Of a stretch of DNA of 64,000 bases, positions 1 to 12,200 are shown one piece after another. How positions within the stretch are numbered: the stretch's first letter is position 1; the number at the start of each line of letters is the position of its first letter. The translations under genes were made by a program, and so were the position numbers. The DNA is from Geosiphon pyriformis uo1 (Eukaryota > Fungi > Glomeromycota), in contig JAAOMT010000414.1 in NCBI GenBank assembly GCA_016748015.1, forward strand, positions 276,481 through 340,480, written 5' to 3'. Under the pieces are notes generated by a model. The model was given only the letters and a program-made list of their open reading frames with translations. It ran no database searches and was not told the DNA's origin.

Positions 1-2091
1 TTTTCTTTTTGGTATCTTATAAAGTTTTAACCATAGAAGTTTTTTTTGTCATAAAAACAGCTAAACAGAATGTTTTAAAAGTTTTCTTTTTAATTAATAA
101 TAGTAAAAAGCTGTCTTTAGTGATTATTAAAGCATCTTTATTATTTTTGGCTGGTTTTTTACCAGTTAAAGTTTTTTTAAAAAGATAAGTTCTAATATTG
201 TCTTTATCTTTTTTAAAAGCCCAAAAGTTTTTAATAACAGACCAATTAACAAACTGGTTTTTCTTACTATAGTTTCTACATCTGGTGTTTTTAGTATTAT
301 CTTTTTGAAAATAATAGTCAAAAAAACTAAAGTTTTAAAAAAATAGAAACAGCTGCTCACTTTTGTTTTTATTATACTAAATCTCTTTGTGGTTTTTAAT
401 ATAATCTTAAATAAGATTTCTGTTATATTATTTAACATGTTATTTAAAATAAAACAAAATCAACTATTGACTATACTGCCAAATATGATTTTTTTTAATA
501 AATTATTATTGGTTTTAAAAGTAAAACAACAGTTTTTTATTGAATTATCTGTTCTTAGAAACTGAATTAATCAAATAGAAACTGATTTATTTTTTCTGCT
601 GGTTTCTGGTATTGTTGCTAGTGATACTTGAAAAATCATTTCTAGTTGTCAAAAGTTTATTGGATAAATAGTCTTTATTTTGATATCTGATACTATTTTT
701 AAGATTAAATTAGCTTATATTAAGACTGTTTTTCGGTCAATATATGGTTTTTTAGATGTAAAGTTAATATTAAAGAACAATATGAAGTTTTTTTGTATAG
801 AGTTTGCTTTTTAGAAGTCTTTGAAAGCTGCTTTTTTGGTTAAGTTTACAAGTTCTGTTTGTTTGGTCACTCTTAAAATTGTCAAATCTTTGGTGGTTTT
901 TGAGACTGGTTTTTTTTTACTGTTATTGTATTATATAATATGTTTTTAGATATATCTGTTGCTAATATTAAAATAATTTTTAGTGTATTTGATGAAATTG
1001 TCCATATTGTGCTAAAGTCTACTAGTGTTTGATAATATGTAGTTGTTTATTTTAAAAAACTGAATTCTGCTGTATTTGTTTTAAGTTATTGGTTAGTTTT
1101 AATAAGTAAAAATAGTATTAAAATCTTTTTTTTGGTAAATAAAAATGAGATTATTCTGTTTTATAATAGATTTAAAACCAAGTTGGTCAATTTTTTCTCT
1201 AATTGTACTGTTTTTAAAATTAATAACATGATTTTTTAAATTAATAGTTAGACATGTTTTATCTTTATTTTTCTGATTTTGGTCATTATTTTCAATTTGT
1301 CCTGATTATGTTTGAATCTTAAGTTGATTTAAATACTGTAGTTACCAGAATTGATACACTAAAAAAATGTTATATCTGATAAAAAACTTCTGATTGTTAA
1401 CACTATTTTAGATATTAAAAAATAGACTATTTGGTTGTAGACTATAAGATATTTTCACTTCTTTTTTTTAAAAGTCCTAAAATTTCCAAGATATTTGTGT
1501 CATATTTTGTGAATACTAAGTCTTATGTCAAAGCTTTTGTTTTTTTGAGTTTTTATTTTTAATAACTTTTATTCTCTTTTCTGTAATTGTTAATGGCTTT
1601 TTAGTGTTTTCTCAATTGTTTTTTTTGAAATCTGATTTGGCCAAGCTTTATGCATTGGTTAAATTAATTGTTAAATCTGTTGGCTTTTTAATTATTATGT
1701 TTAAACAATTTATTAAAAGTAATTTGGTTTTAAGTAGTGTTTTTAGCTTTAAGATTAATAAATTTATAGTTTATCTGTGTTTTTTTAGCAATATTGTTGA
1801 TAAGTTGGAAAAAAAAGTGATTGCACTGAAAAAAAAGTGCTGTATAAATAATATTAATATGTTTTGTAATTTGGATTTTTCAGTTGATATTAATAATAAA
1901 ATATTTTTTTGAACACATAAGCTTAATAATATTAAAACTTATTTTTTAAAAACAGCTGAATGACTGGTTAAATTGGTTTCTTATAGTATTAAATTATTTG
2001 ATATAATTTAAAGAATATTGGCTTTAAGTAAATTTACTTTTATTGTATTAATATAGTATAGTCTGAACTAATTTAAGTAATTAATTATATG
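1..2091 (+). mobile_element. ORF1-only non-autonomous retroposon ('half-LINE') copy A, degenerate; 5' end lies before the window, 3' UTR split by LINE copy 1
   Basis: ORF 1604-1912 (SDLAKLYALVKLIVKSVGFL..LKKKCCINNINMF) aligns with 34829-35314 (-) (FDLVKLSVLIESIVKPIGFL..LKKECCIKDIDMF). Bases 1-2091 are colinear with the reverse complement of ~36757-34640. Confidence 0.85.
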
Positions 2092-2225
2092 TTTTTTTAT
2101 TATTATTATTTAATGAGTGAAGTCCAAATACTACCTAGAACTATACATCAAAGAAATGATCTAAACTAGGTGTGAATCATGCATTTTCCACATGTGACCA
2201 GCCACTCGAGCCAGTCAGAACAACA

Positions 2226-5200
2226 CTACACAATTATATTAACTGAAACTGGGTTACCAATACCTGAAAAAAAAGAGCAAGATTTGCGAAAGCCAAAATA
2301 GATGCCAAAAGCTTCAGTAACACCAAGCAGCTTAACCACGCCATCCGAGAATCTTGACGCCAAACCAGAAAGTAAGATGGGAACCGAGCCATCCACCGGG
2401 ATTAGGCCATTCTTTTCCATGTATGCACAATGCTTAACACAGACCAACCAAATGTCATCCCTAAAAGCGACACAAATAGAGCACACAAAATTAGCAATTT
2501 TAATGCCAGCAATTTTGGGATCACAGAAGATGGAAACAGCCTTCTGAAGCCATTCTTTGAAAACAAAACCCTTGCAAAGAGCCAAGAACACCAGAAAATC
2601 TGAAGCACAGGTTAACAGCAGCTGTAAAACGCTTGAAGAAGGGAGGAAGAGACCAGAAAGCACCATCCAAGAAGACATACAGGATTCCAAAACTTAACGA
2701 CAAGCCACATCATCAATTATACAAGAAAACATGTGATCAGACACCTCCACCTCACCACAATACAAACACAAAACACTAGAGTAACATTTATCATAAACGC
2801 GTTTTCAAACAGCCACAGGAAGCCGACAGTACAAAGCTTTCATGAGGTAAGTACGAATATCAGCAGTGCGCCTGCTAGTGAAACCAGTCACCATATGCAA
2901 ATTAGGGTGCCAAACTCTGGAAAAGGCAAGCCAATTGACATCCGAGTGCAAATCACCAGCTAGAAACCCAGAACCAGAACCGACCTCCCAGCGTGCCTGA
3001 CAGACAGCACAAAAAACATCTCGAACAAAGTGTCTAGAATTACCAGAAACAATACCACCGTCTGCCAACAAAAAATGTTCATCCACATGAGAAGGGAGAA
3101 GCCAAACAGAGAGAGCTGCAGCATCAGCGATGCTATCAGTGCAATCATTTCTCAACACACTAGAGTGGCCCTTAACCTTGTGCCAGCTAACCCTCAAATT
3201 TTTCCTGTGGATAATATTTCTAATATGCTGGCGCTCAACCCAACACTGATTACAAAAGTTAGGATACATCAAGTTCACCTCCGACTTGCAAGCATTCAAA
3301 GCTGCCTGGCTATCTGAAAACAGGCAAACAGAACAATTTACAGGCATGCACTCCAGAGCCAACGCTACAGCCTGCAACTCCGCCAAAATAGACAACATCA
3401 AACCCTGAACACAGACACCCAAACCCAAGTTAACATCCTCAAAAAAGGCAGCAGCCCCAGCCCTACAACCAGCCATGCCCAAATTTTTCACCAACCCATC
3501 CGTATATACAGACAAACTATCAGTGCTAATCTGAGAAAGATGATCATATACAGACACAAAATCATCAGAACCATGAATGTTTACAGGGCCAACACCACCC
3601 GAAGCCAAAGGAGAGGGAGGTGCACTATTGAGAAATACAACAAAGCGCCCAAACCACTCAGAAACCGGGCCATGAGGATCCAGTTTCTTCCACCACTTAA
3701 AGATGTACCAATCGAAGATATCCCCATGACAATCCTGAAGCTGATCCACAAAGACAATGCCATAATGCCAGAGAGAAGACAAGTACTTGAAAAACAAGGA
3801 TTCGCCCAGAACAGCAGATATGGGCATTCCATCATGAAACCGAAAAGAGCTAACCAAAGAGCCACCTAAAGACAAATTGCATCCAAGAAGAATGCATACC
3901 ATTCCTGACAAGAAATTATTGGAAACACTGACATGGATACAAGCCAGTGAACTCAATGAATGAATGGGGTGCCAATACAGAACTTGCAAATTATGAGACC
4001 TGTGACTAAACAATTGACCCAGAACTCTGCAGGAGTTTGCAAAACTAATAAGTGAAACAATTTTGCTTTTAGACTAACATTGTGAGAAGGACTTCAAACC
4101 ATAAAAGGAAAGATGATGAATCGTGTCACTAGGAAAATTGAGAGGAAGACCAAATTTAAGTTTCAAACCCTTGCAAATCAGAGCATCCCACTTGTTGCAC
4201 ACACTGACAGGGATAAAGCTGAACTGCGTTCTGTAGCTGACTATAGGATAGAGAACTGCCGACACCAGATACAAGAACTGCTTATTTGAAACTGCTTTCT
4301 TTAGAACCAAATTGCTAAAAAAACAAACATTCAAATGCACCTTAGCCAAACTAGACTTAGAAAGACCATCAGATGAGAAAAAGATACCAAGATACCAATG
4401 AGATCCTCTTTTTTTGGCTATGGAAATGGGTGAACTACTGATAAAAAGAAATGGATTACTGATCCTGCTATTAATAGAAATGACCACAGTTTTGTTGTTG
4501 TTGATTGAAATGTCATTAATTCGAAAAAATTCATTAGCAATATTGAGAATATGTTGAGTAGCAGTCTGATTGTTGCCAACCCAAATCGTGTCATTAACAA
4601 AGGCCCCAGCAGCAAAAAAAGTAGAAAACCCAGCCCGAAATTCAGTGCGACCATTCCTAAAGACAAAATGAGAATTAAGTCTATATCCATACACACTCTC
4701 CTGATGCTTGACCTCACACAAAAGAGGATCATAAAATATGCGCCAAAGAAGAGGGGAAAAAACTTCTCCTTGGTCCAACCCATCATGTACACTATAACCA
4801 TCAGTTAAACCGAAATCCGTCATAACCCAATTGGTCCGATTTCTATGAATATCACCGAAAAAATGAATAAACTTGTTACACATTTTGATCTTGACCAAAC
4901 ACTTCTCGAGATGCTCCCATCCAACAGAGTTGTATGCTTTTCGCATATACTGCAACACCAGCCAGAACTCCTGGTTCTTCTCCAAAGCATTCTCAACAAC
5001 TGAACCAATAGCAAAAATAGGAGTTTGGGTAGTTGTACCCTTTAAAACTGAAAAATTATCCCCATGAAGAATGTCATGAGCACTGTATGCCAGCGATATT
5101 CTGTCGGAGAGAATCTTGGAGAGAATCTTGTGAGCCGTCTTGATCAAGACTATAGGTTAGGTATTTGTGAGAACATCTTCCCATTCATATGGTTTAGAAA

Positions 5201-6892
5201 TCATCGAAACCCAAGCTTCCCTCCAAGAACCAGGCACAGACTTATGAGACAGACAAAAATTCAGAAGCACTAAGAGCATATTCAGAACAGACCTATTACT
5301 ATGCATCCACAGCTCATTCAAAATACCCAAAAGACCAGCAGCCTTGCCAACAGATAAATCAGAAACCATGCCAAACAATTCCAAAAATTCAATTGGCTGT
5401 ATTACACCAGAAAAAGTCTCATCAAAAACATAATCCAATGGCCGATACTGACAGTGCCACACATCAGAAACATTGGGAACCACTCTATACTTCCTAGTCT
5501 ATCCTTCCATAATTTCATTCACCCTTAATCTTACAAGACCAGGTTCCATAACCAGCTCATTGTCCACAACTAAGTGATCCAAGATGACCTTATGGGAAGG
5601 GTGCTCCAAAACGCTCCAAATAGTGTGACCTTTGTTCAGCTTGAAACTTTCTATCCTCTTATAGATTGCCGATTTGATTTGAGATTCCTCTACATGCTTC
5701 GATTCTGTCATTTTAAGTGAGCAATAAGTTTTTCTGATTTTGGAAAGAGCTGACCAAACAGTATCAAGAGGAGAGCCGGAGAGAAAGAGAGACCTGACCA
5801 CAGAGGCATTATCATCATCAAGAGAACTCCAAACTTCTAACAGTAAAATAAATCCGTCATGACAAATCAACTGAGAAGCTTTAACCAGCTTTGATATCAA
5901 AAGTTCTAACTTATGAAATTTAGATGATTCCTTAGTGAAAACACCATCATAGTCTTTAAATTATTTCTTCTTAAACATCTCATCAGCTGAAAGAACCATT
6001 ATCTTGTAAACAATGTCCCACATCACATCCAAATCTGAGAATTGCTGAGAGGCAATAAAATCATCAGAGAACATGGCAGCATTAGCTGCTATAGCACACT
6101 TGAACTTGTTCCATTTCGCGTCATCAGCACCCTTAAAATTAAACTTCCAACAATCTCTATTCATCTGTTTGCAAAGAGAGTTCAATTGCACATCCAATAA
6201 ACCACCTAAACCCAAAGACATGGAAACAGCCTGATGGTTTGTTTCGAAATGTTCAACAATATTTGAGACACTGCAGTGTACTATCACATTAACCAAATTT
6301 GAAGAAACTAACACGTAGTCAATCGTTTTTTTAACACCCCTAGAGTTTGCCTAAGTAGGCAACTTCACAGCTGGGCTTCCTACCAAAGAATTTGCCAGAC
6401 CCAAATCAAGACACTTCCTAAAACTTGCACATTTACGAGAACCATCTTCATTGAAATCACCACCAAGAACAATGAAAGAAGATTCATTAACAGCCTTCAC
6501 AATGAGAGAGTTGATCTCACCAGCCTGAAAGAACCGAACCACCAGAGAAGCCCCAGAATTGACACAGAAAGTTTACCCTTGAAAAGTAATTTAACAGACA
6601 GGAGCCGACCAGGCACCTCAGAAATCTTGCATAAATGACGAGCCAAAGAAACATCCATGATAACAGCAACATCTGCACCCAAGTGACTAGAGTCTAAACC
6701 AGAAGTGAACATTTGGACACCATCAAACTTATCTGCGATCCATGGACAAACCTTACTCCTTAATTTTGTTTCAGTAATAATAGAGACCAAATTGTTCATT
6801 TTCTTATGCCACCTAATAACGTTCTCCTGCTTAGCAGAATTGTTCATGCCTTTGACGTTGCATGTAGCAACTTTCCAGACCAAACTGCTCAT
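2226..6892 (-). pseudogene. LINE copy 1 ORF2 (APE endonuclease - RT - RNase H - zinc finger), broken by stops/frameshifts
   Basis: APE motifs WKVATCNVKG, ITETKL, LGGDFN. RT motifs GLDQGEVFSPLLWRIFYDPLL and AFVND. RNase H motifs VYTDG, AELQAV, FSDSQAAL, HKVKGH. Confidence 0.92.
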
Positions 6893-8769
6893 TGAGTGAG
6901 GGGTAGAGACACCAAACGCACACCTATACTATCCACTTTGGCCGAAAGGCCCAGAACTGTTTCTATTAGACACTTCATGCTATTATTTAGCTTAGACACT
7001 GAAGACATATCAAAAGACACCACTTCTGCAACAGTTCCACCACTAGTGGACACACCCGAGCCCCTACTCATTACTACATCCACCCCTTGATCCTGTGATG
7101 AAGGAGTCACCAATGGCTGACATCCAGAGCTAGGCTGGAGAACCATTGGTCCGAGTGCATCCAACCTCTTAGCCAGCTTACCAACTTGCTCCATGAGGCA
7201 GGCGAGACTGTGCTCAAGAGCGGTAAACCTATTGTTGACCTCTATTATAACTGGCAGAGATGGCTTCATTTTCAAAGAGAAGCCATTGTCTACCAAAACC
7301 TTCTGACTAGAAAGGGGGAGCGAAAAAGACCCGTGAGCAATCTTTGCCCAAAAGAGACCATCAAAAGAGACCAGATGAGCAACTGGAGCCGAGCGTTTGG
7401 CATAAATGGCCACCAGCCTGCTTTTATTCATGTCTGAGAAAGCCCTATGCAGCAAATTACCAGAAGAAAACTTCCTGCTAACTACACAACCCAATAACAT
7501 ATGACCCAACTTCTCACACTTGGCGCATTTAGCAAAGATAAGACGAGACTAGCGGAGATTGGTGTTTCTAAGTACTGGCGTAGTTCCCATGGCAGCATCC
7601 AACAATTTAACAGAGTCGAAGCAAACAACAGTGCATCTGGCCCGAGCATACATAACAGAATGATGATCAATGACACATGTTTTCTCACCCACAGATTTAA
7701 CAAAATCCCAAATATAGTGAGCATTAGTCCCTATTGGCAATATGTAGAACAGCGCCTTATGTCAATCTCTTGTATCCCATGCCTCTTTGTCTGAATCAGC
7801 TCTGGCCACACATACAGCATCTTTCCCAATTAGAATGGACCACTTAGCTGCGACTAAATCAGCCTGATCTGGTTGCTCGAATTCTACCACTGCCTTCTGC
7901 CACAGCCCAATTAACTGTATCTTGATTGTCTTAATAACTCCAAACTCAGATAGCGCAGCGTGCACAGTCTTAGCCGATGTTCTAATTGGAATTTCTTTTA
8001 TAATCACAGCCCAATCTGATTGCCCAGATGATTTTTTGAGATTGGTGTTTACTAGGATCTTCACACTTGCAGCCTTATTAGTAGCTTTCATTAGACTTGA
8101 TTTGGAAGTAAACGTTGCTCTGATGATCCCTGAGAATTTTGAAAAGGTAGATGCCCCCCCAAAACCATTGATTCCAGAAAATAATTTCCTCACCATCACA
8201 AGCTTTTCCTGAGAAGAATTGCTGGCCACCTTATTTAAGCCAATATCTAACGCAAATAACTTCCTGATTGAAACATTGACCAAGTTTTTCAAAGAAAGGA
8301 GGAGCTCAAGAGGAGCATCCGAGAGAATACTATGACCATCACTATTCTTTGAGAAATCAATCTTTCCTAACAGCTTGCCCAATGCCTTTTTGGTTTTGAC
8401 TTTTGAACTCATGAGTGTTTGATCATGATCCCCACCAGCCAGAACACCACCTTCACCAAAATCAAAGCTGGTCTCCTCCACTAGACACTCCTCTTCCATA
8501 TCAATACTCTCAGACTCAGTAGTGTCCCCAGTTTCTGAACTCCATGAACAGCTCTTCTGAACTTTAAAAGCCACTTTTTTGCCATTAAAACTATCTTCCA
8601 AAACACCTTCCCTCCTCTTCTTTCTTAACAAGACTGTCTCAAAACCATTATCAGAACTAGAATTCTTAGCAGTCTTCTTCATGATAGCAGTATTTGGGCC
8701 AATAGTGGCTTTGTAATTGAACAGAAATGGTTTAGAGATATTATACTGAATGGTAAAAACTTCTTTCAA
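6889..8769 (-). pseudogene. LINE copy 1 ORF1 (RRM-like, CCHC knuckle, coiled coil), disrupted
   Basis: Fragments 7762-8769, 7549-7740 and 6889-7509; RRM-like VIIKEIPIRTSAKTVHAALSEFGVIKTIKIQ; CAKCEKLGHMLLGC near 7490-7530. Confidence 0.85.
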
Positions 8770-8833
8770 AAAAACTTTTTAGACTCTTTTTTGGGATTTG
8801 TGGATGAACAAGAGAAAGAAGTTTTATTATATG

Positions 8834-8935
8834 TAAAAAGTACATAAACCATATTTAATTTTGGAATACTTAGTTTGTTCTTAATTTTTAGATAGTAGTT
8901 GAATTATACTTGTTAAATCTTAAATCTTAATTTAA
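8834..8935 (+). mobile_element. Remainder of the half-LINE copy A 3' UTR, displaced by the LINE copy 1 insertion
   Basis: taaaaagtacataaaccatatt..tagatagtagttgaattatacttgttaaa matches the reverse complement of 34550-34640 (tagaaaatacataagccacatc..tagatagtagttgggccttgcttattaaa). Confidence 0.75.
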
Positions 8936-9298
8936 TAAATAGTTATTTTTTTTACTTTTTTACACAAATTTTTAATTATAATTATTTTAATAAAATAAAA
9001 TAAAATAAAAAATAATAAAAAATTTAATAATATTATAAAATAATTTTTTTTAAACTTAAATTATTTAATTTAATTTTATAATAAAAAAAATTTGTTTTAT
9101 AAAAATTTATTTTAATTTTGTAGTAATTATGCTAATTTAAAAAAGATATTTAATTCTAAATTTATTTTTTTTAAAAATCTTAACTGAATTTTTTTTTAAA
9201 ATATTATTTTTTAATTTATAAAAACACTGTTTTTTATAATTTTTGTATTTAAACAAAGCAAAAATAATAAATATAAACAGAATTATGCAATATATATA

Positions 9299-12200
9299 TT
9301 TTTTTTTTTTATTTTATGAGTGCAGCCCAACCACTACCTAAATACATAAATCAAACATGGATCTAAATTAAGCATGGCTTATGCATTTTCTACATGTAAC
9401 CAGCCACTTAGGCTAATCAAAGCAACACTATACACTTACACAGCCTACAACAGGAATGCCATTCAGGAAACCAAAATCTAAACTTGACAAACATAAATAC
9501 AGCCCAAAACTAACATGTACACTTAATTTAATACCGAAACTGCGGATAACATCAGATGACCACAAGGAAGACAGATCTGAGACTGAGGGAATTGAAAAAC
9601 CATCACGTGACAAAAGATTATGTTTCTTATAATACACCCTCAACTTAGCAGCAGGCAACCATATAGAAGAATGGTGATTCTCAATAAAGTGTTGGACAAA
9701 CCTAACAACAAGTGCACCACCATCAAAATCAGCACCCAACCAGCAACACATATCATTTATCCAAGATTTCAACACAAAACCCTTAGCTAGTGCTGTATAC
9801 AGCTCAACAGACACAGCCACCATTCCCAAAGAACAAAAAACCACACTATCATCAGCACAAACACCTAACAAGTCAGCCCAATCAAGAGCAGCAGTAGACA
9901 ACAACTCCTTTCTAGCATTGTTATTAGAAAGGCAAGAGAAAGTGTGATCAGAATCCTCCAACAAGCCACACCTGATGCAAGCAACACTCAGATACTTAGA
10001 ATTATACAATCTTTTCTTGGCAGCCACTGGCAAACGATGGTGCAGCACTTTCATAAAATACGAGCAGAGTGAAGCCAATGTCAAGCTGGTGAAGCCAGAG
10101 CTGATCTTGCCATCGGAATGCCAAACACTAAAAGTCCTAGCCCTATCAAAACCATCATAGGAAATTGCATCCATGAAAACACCCACACATCTGGCTTTCC
10201 ATCCAACAAAGTTAACCGCATTGAACAAAGCCTTAACAAATCGGTGAGCATTTTTAGAAACAGGCCTTCCTTCCACTTTGAAAAAATGAAAAGGCACCAT
10301 AGGAGTCAAAATAAAGCTAGAGGTAACAGCAAAATTGGTGTAAAAATTGGCATGCTTATTTCCAACATCACCAGAATGACCCTTGATCTTATTCCAAGTA
10401 ACTAATAAAACCTTTCTAGAAATAATTTGACTAATATATTCCTTCTCAATCCAACATTTATCCCGAAAATCAGGACCAAACCCACCAGATCTAGAGCAGC
10501 ACATGTCAAGTAATGCTTGACTGTCTGTAAACAACACAACTGAACTAAAACCAGGCACACATTCTAACGCTAGAGTGATGACTTGCAGCTCCACCAAGGT
10601 CGAAGAAAGCAGCCCATTAACACTGACCCCAATGCTGACATCAACCCTAGAAAAGTAAGCAGCCACACCTCTATGAGCACCCACTGAACCCATACATTTA
10701 ACAGACCCATCCATGTAAATGGTTACAGGATCCAAACCAGAAGCCAACAATTGGTTATGAATATAACTAAAATCACAAGAAACACCAGCCAAAGTGGAAC
10801 AAGAAGACACAAACTCACCACCCGACAAACCACCAGCACTGACAAAATTGACCAAAGTAGTAAACCAAGCAGGAACTAGGTCTTTGGGGTCCAGCCTCTT
10901 CCATTGGCGAAAGGTGTTCCAAGAAAAACAGGAATCATTGCGGTCCAGAATCTGGTTTACAAACACTATACCATATCACCTAAGATATTTTGACATACAT
11001 AAATAAGAATCAGAGCCCAACACATCCAGAACTGTCACACTACCACCAGCCCAAAAAACATCAAACATATCACCATCCAGGGACAGGTTGCATAAAACAA
11101 GAGCACATGTCACACCAGACAGGAAGCAGTCTATTAGATCTATCATTAGCCTGATCAGAAATTGGAGAGGGTGTCTGGGCATCCAACTAGTGGCCTGCAA
11201 ATTCATTGCCCTATGATCAAACAATCTGCCGAGAATTCCACCAGCATTAGCAAAACTAATTAAACTAGCCAGAAGATTTTCAGTAAGCACTTGCTCAAAA
11301 ATTCTTAAACCAAATAACTCAAGATGATGCAATGCATTACTAGAAAAGTCCTTAGGCAGGTTTGCTTTAAGCTTCAAGCCTTTTCTCAACATAACATCTC
11401 ACCTATCACAGACATTTTTCAAAACACAACTAAACTGAAGTCTGTAGGAAACAATAGGCTGTAAAACAGCAGAAACCAAGTACAAAAATTGCTTTTCAGT
11501 AATGGTCTTCCTCAAAACCACATTCGAAAAAAACCTGACATCTGAATGGGCTTTGGCCAAGCTCAGTTTGGACAAGCCATCAGACAAAATAAAAATTTTC
11601 AAGTACCGATGAGATTCCTTTCTTTTCACAATTAAGATATTAGAACCACTAATAGAAAGTGATGCATCTTTAACTTCTTGGTTGATAGGAATAGCAACCA
11701 TTTTACTATCATTAATAGATATGTCGTTGACTGAGAAAAACTCGCTTGCAATGTCTAATATCTTCTGTGTAGCAGATAAGCAGTTACCAACCCAAATGGT
11801 GTCATCAACAAAAGCACTGGCTGCAAAGTATGAAGTCAAACCATCCCGAGCATCCATCTTACTAGTCTTAGTAAAAAATTTTGAACTCAATTTGTACCCA
11901 TACAATTGCTTATGCTTTTTCACCTCACAAAGTAAGGGATCATAAAAAATTCTCCACAACAGCAGTGAAAACACTTCACCCTAATCTAAGCCATCATGAA
12001 CAGTATATCTAATAGTGAGCCCAAAATCAATCATTACCTAATTGGTCCGATTATTGTGTATATCTTCAAAAAACTCAATGAAATGAGAGCACATCTTGAT
12101 CCTAGCCAGACTGGCTTTAAGATGGAACCAACCAACCAAGTCATAAGCCTTATGCATATTTTGAAGAACCAACCAAAGTTCTCTATTCTTCTCTAAAGCA

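Larger units (their letters stand above)
2092..8825 (-). mobile_element. Full-length non-LTR retrotransposon (LINE) copy 1, with 8-bp TSD
   Basis: ORF1 + ORF2 (APE, RT, RNase H, CCHC), a (TAA)n/poly(A) tail at 2092-2110, the shared 5' motif AAAACTTCTTTCTC, and TSD ATTATATG at 2084-2091 and 8826-8833. Confidence 0.95.

Noticed and set aside
2160-2225. Hammerhead ribozyme in the LINE 3' tail (CTGA..GAAA)
   Set aside because: The core reads CTGACTG rather than CUGANGA, the CTGA is not conserved between copies, and the stems do not fit hammerhead topology.
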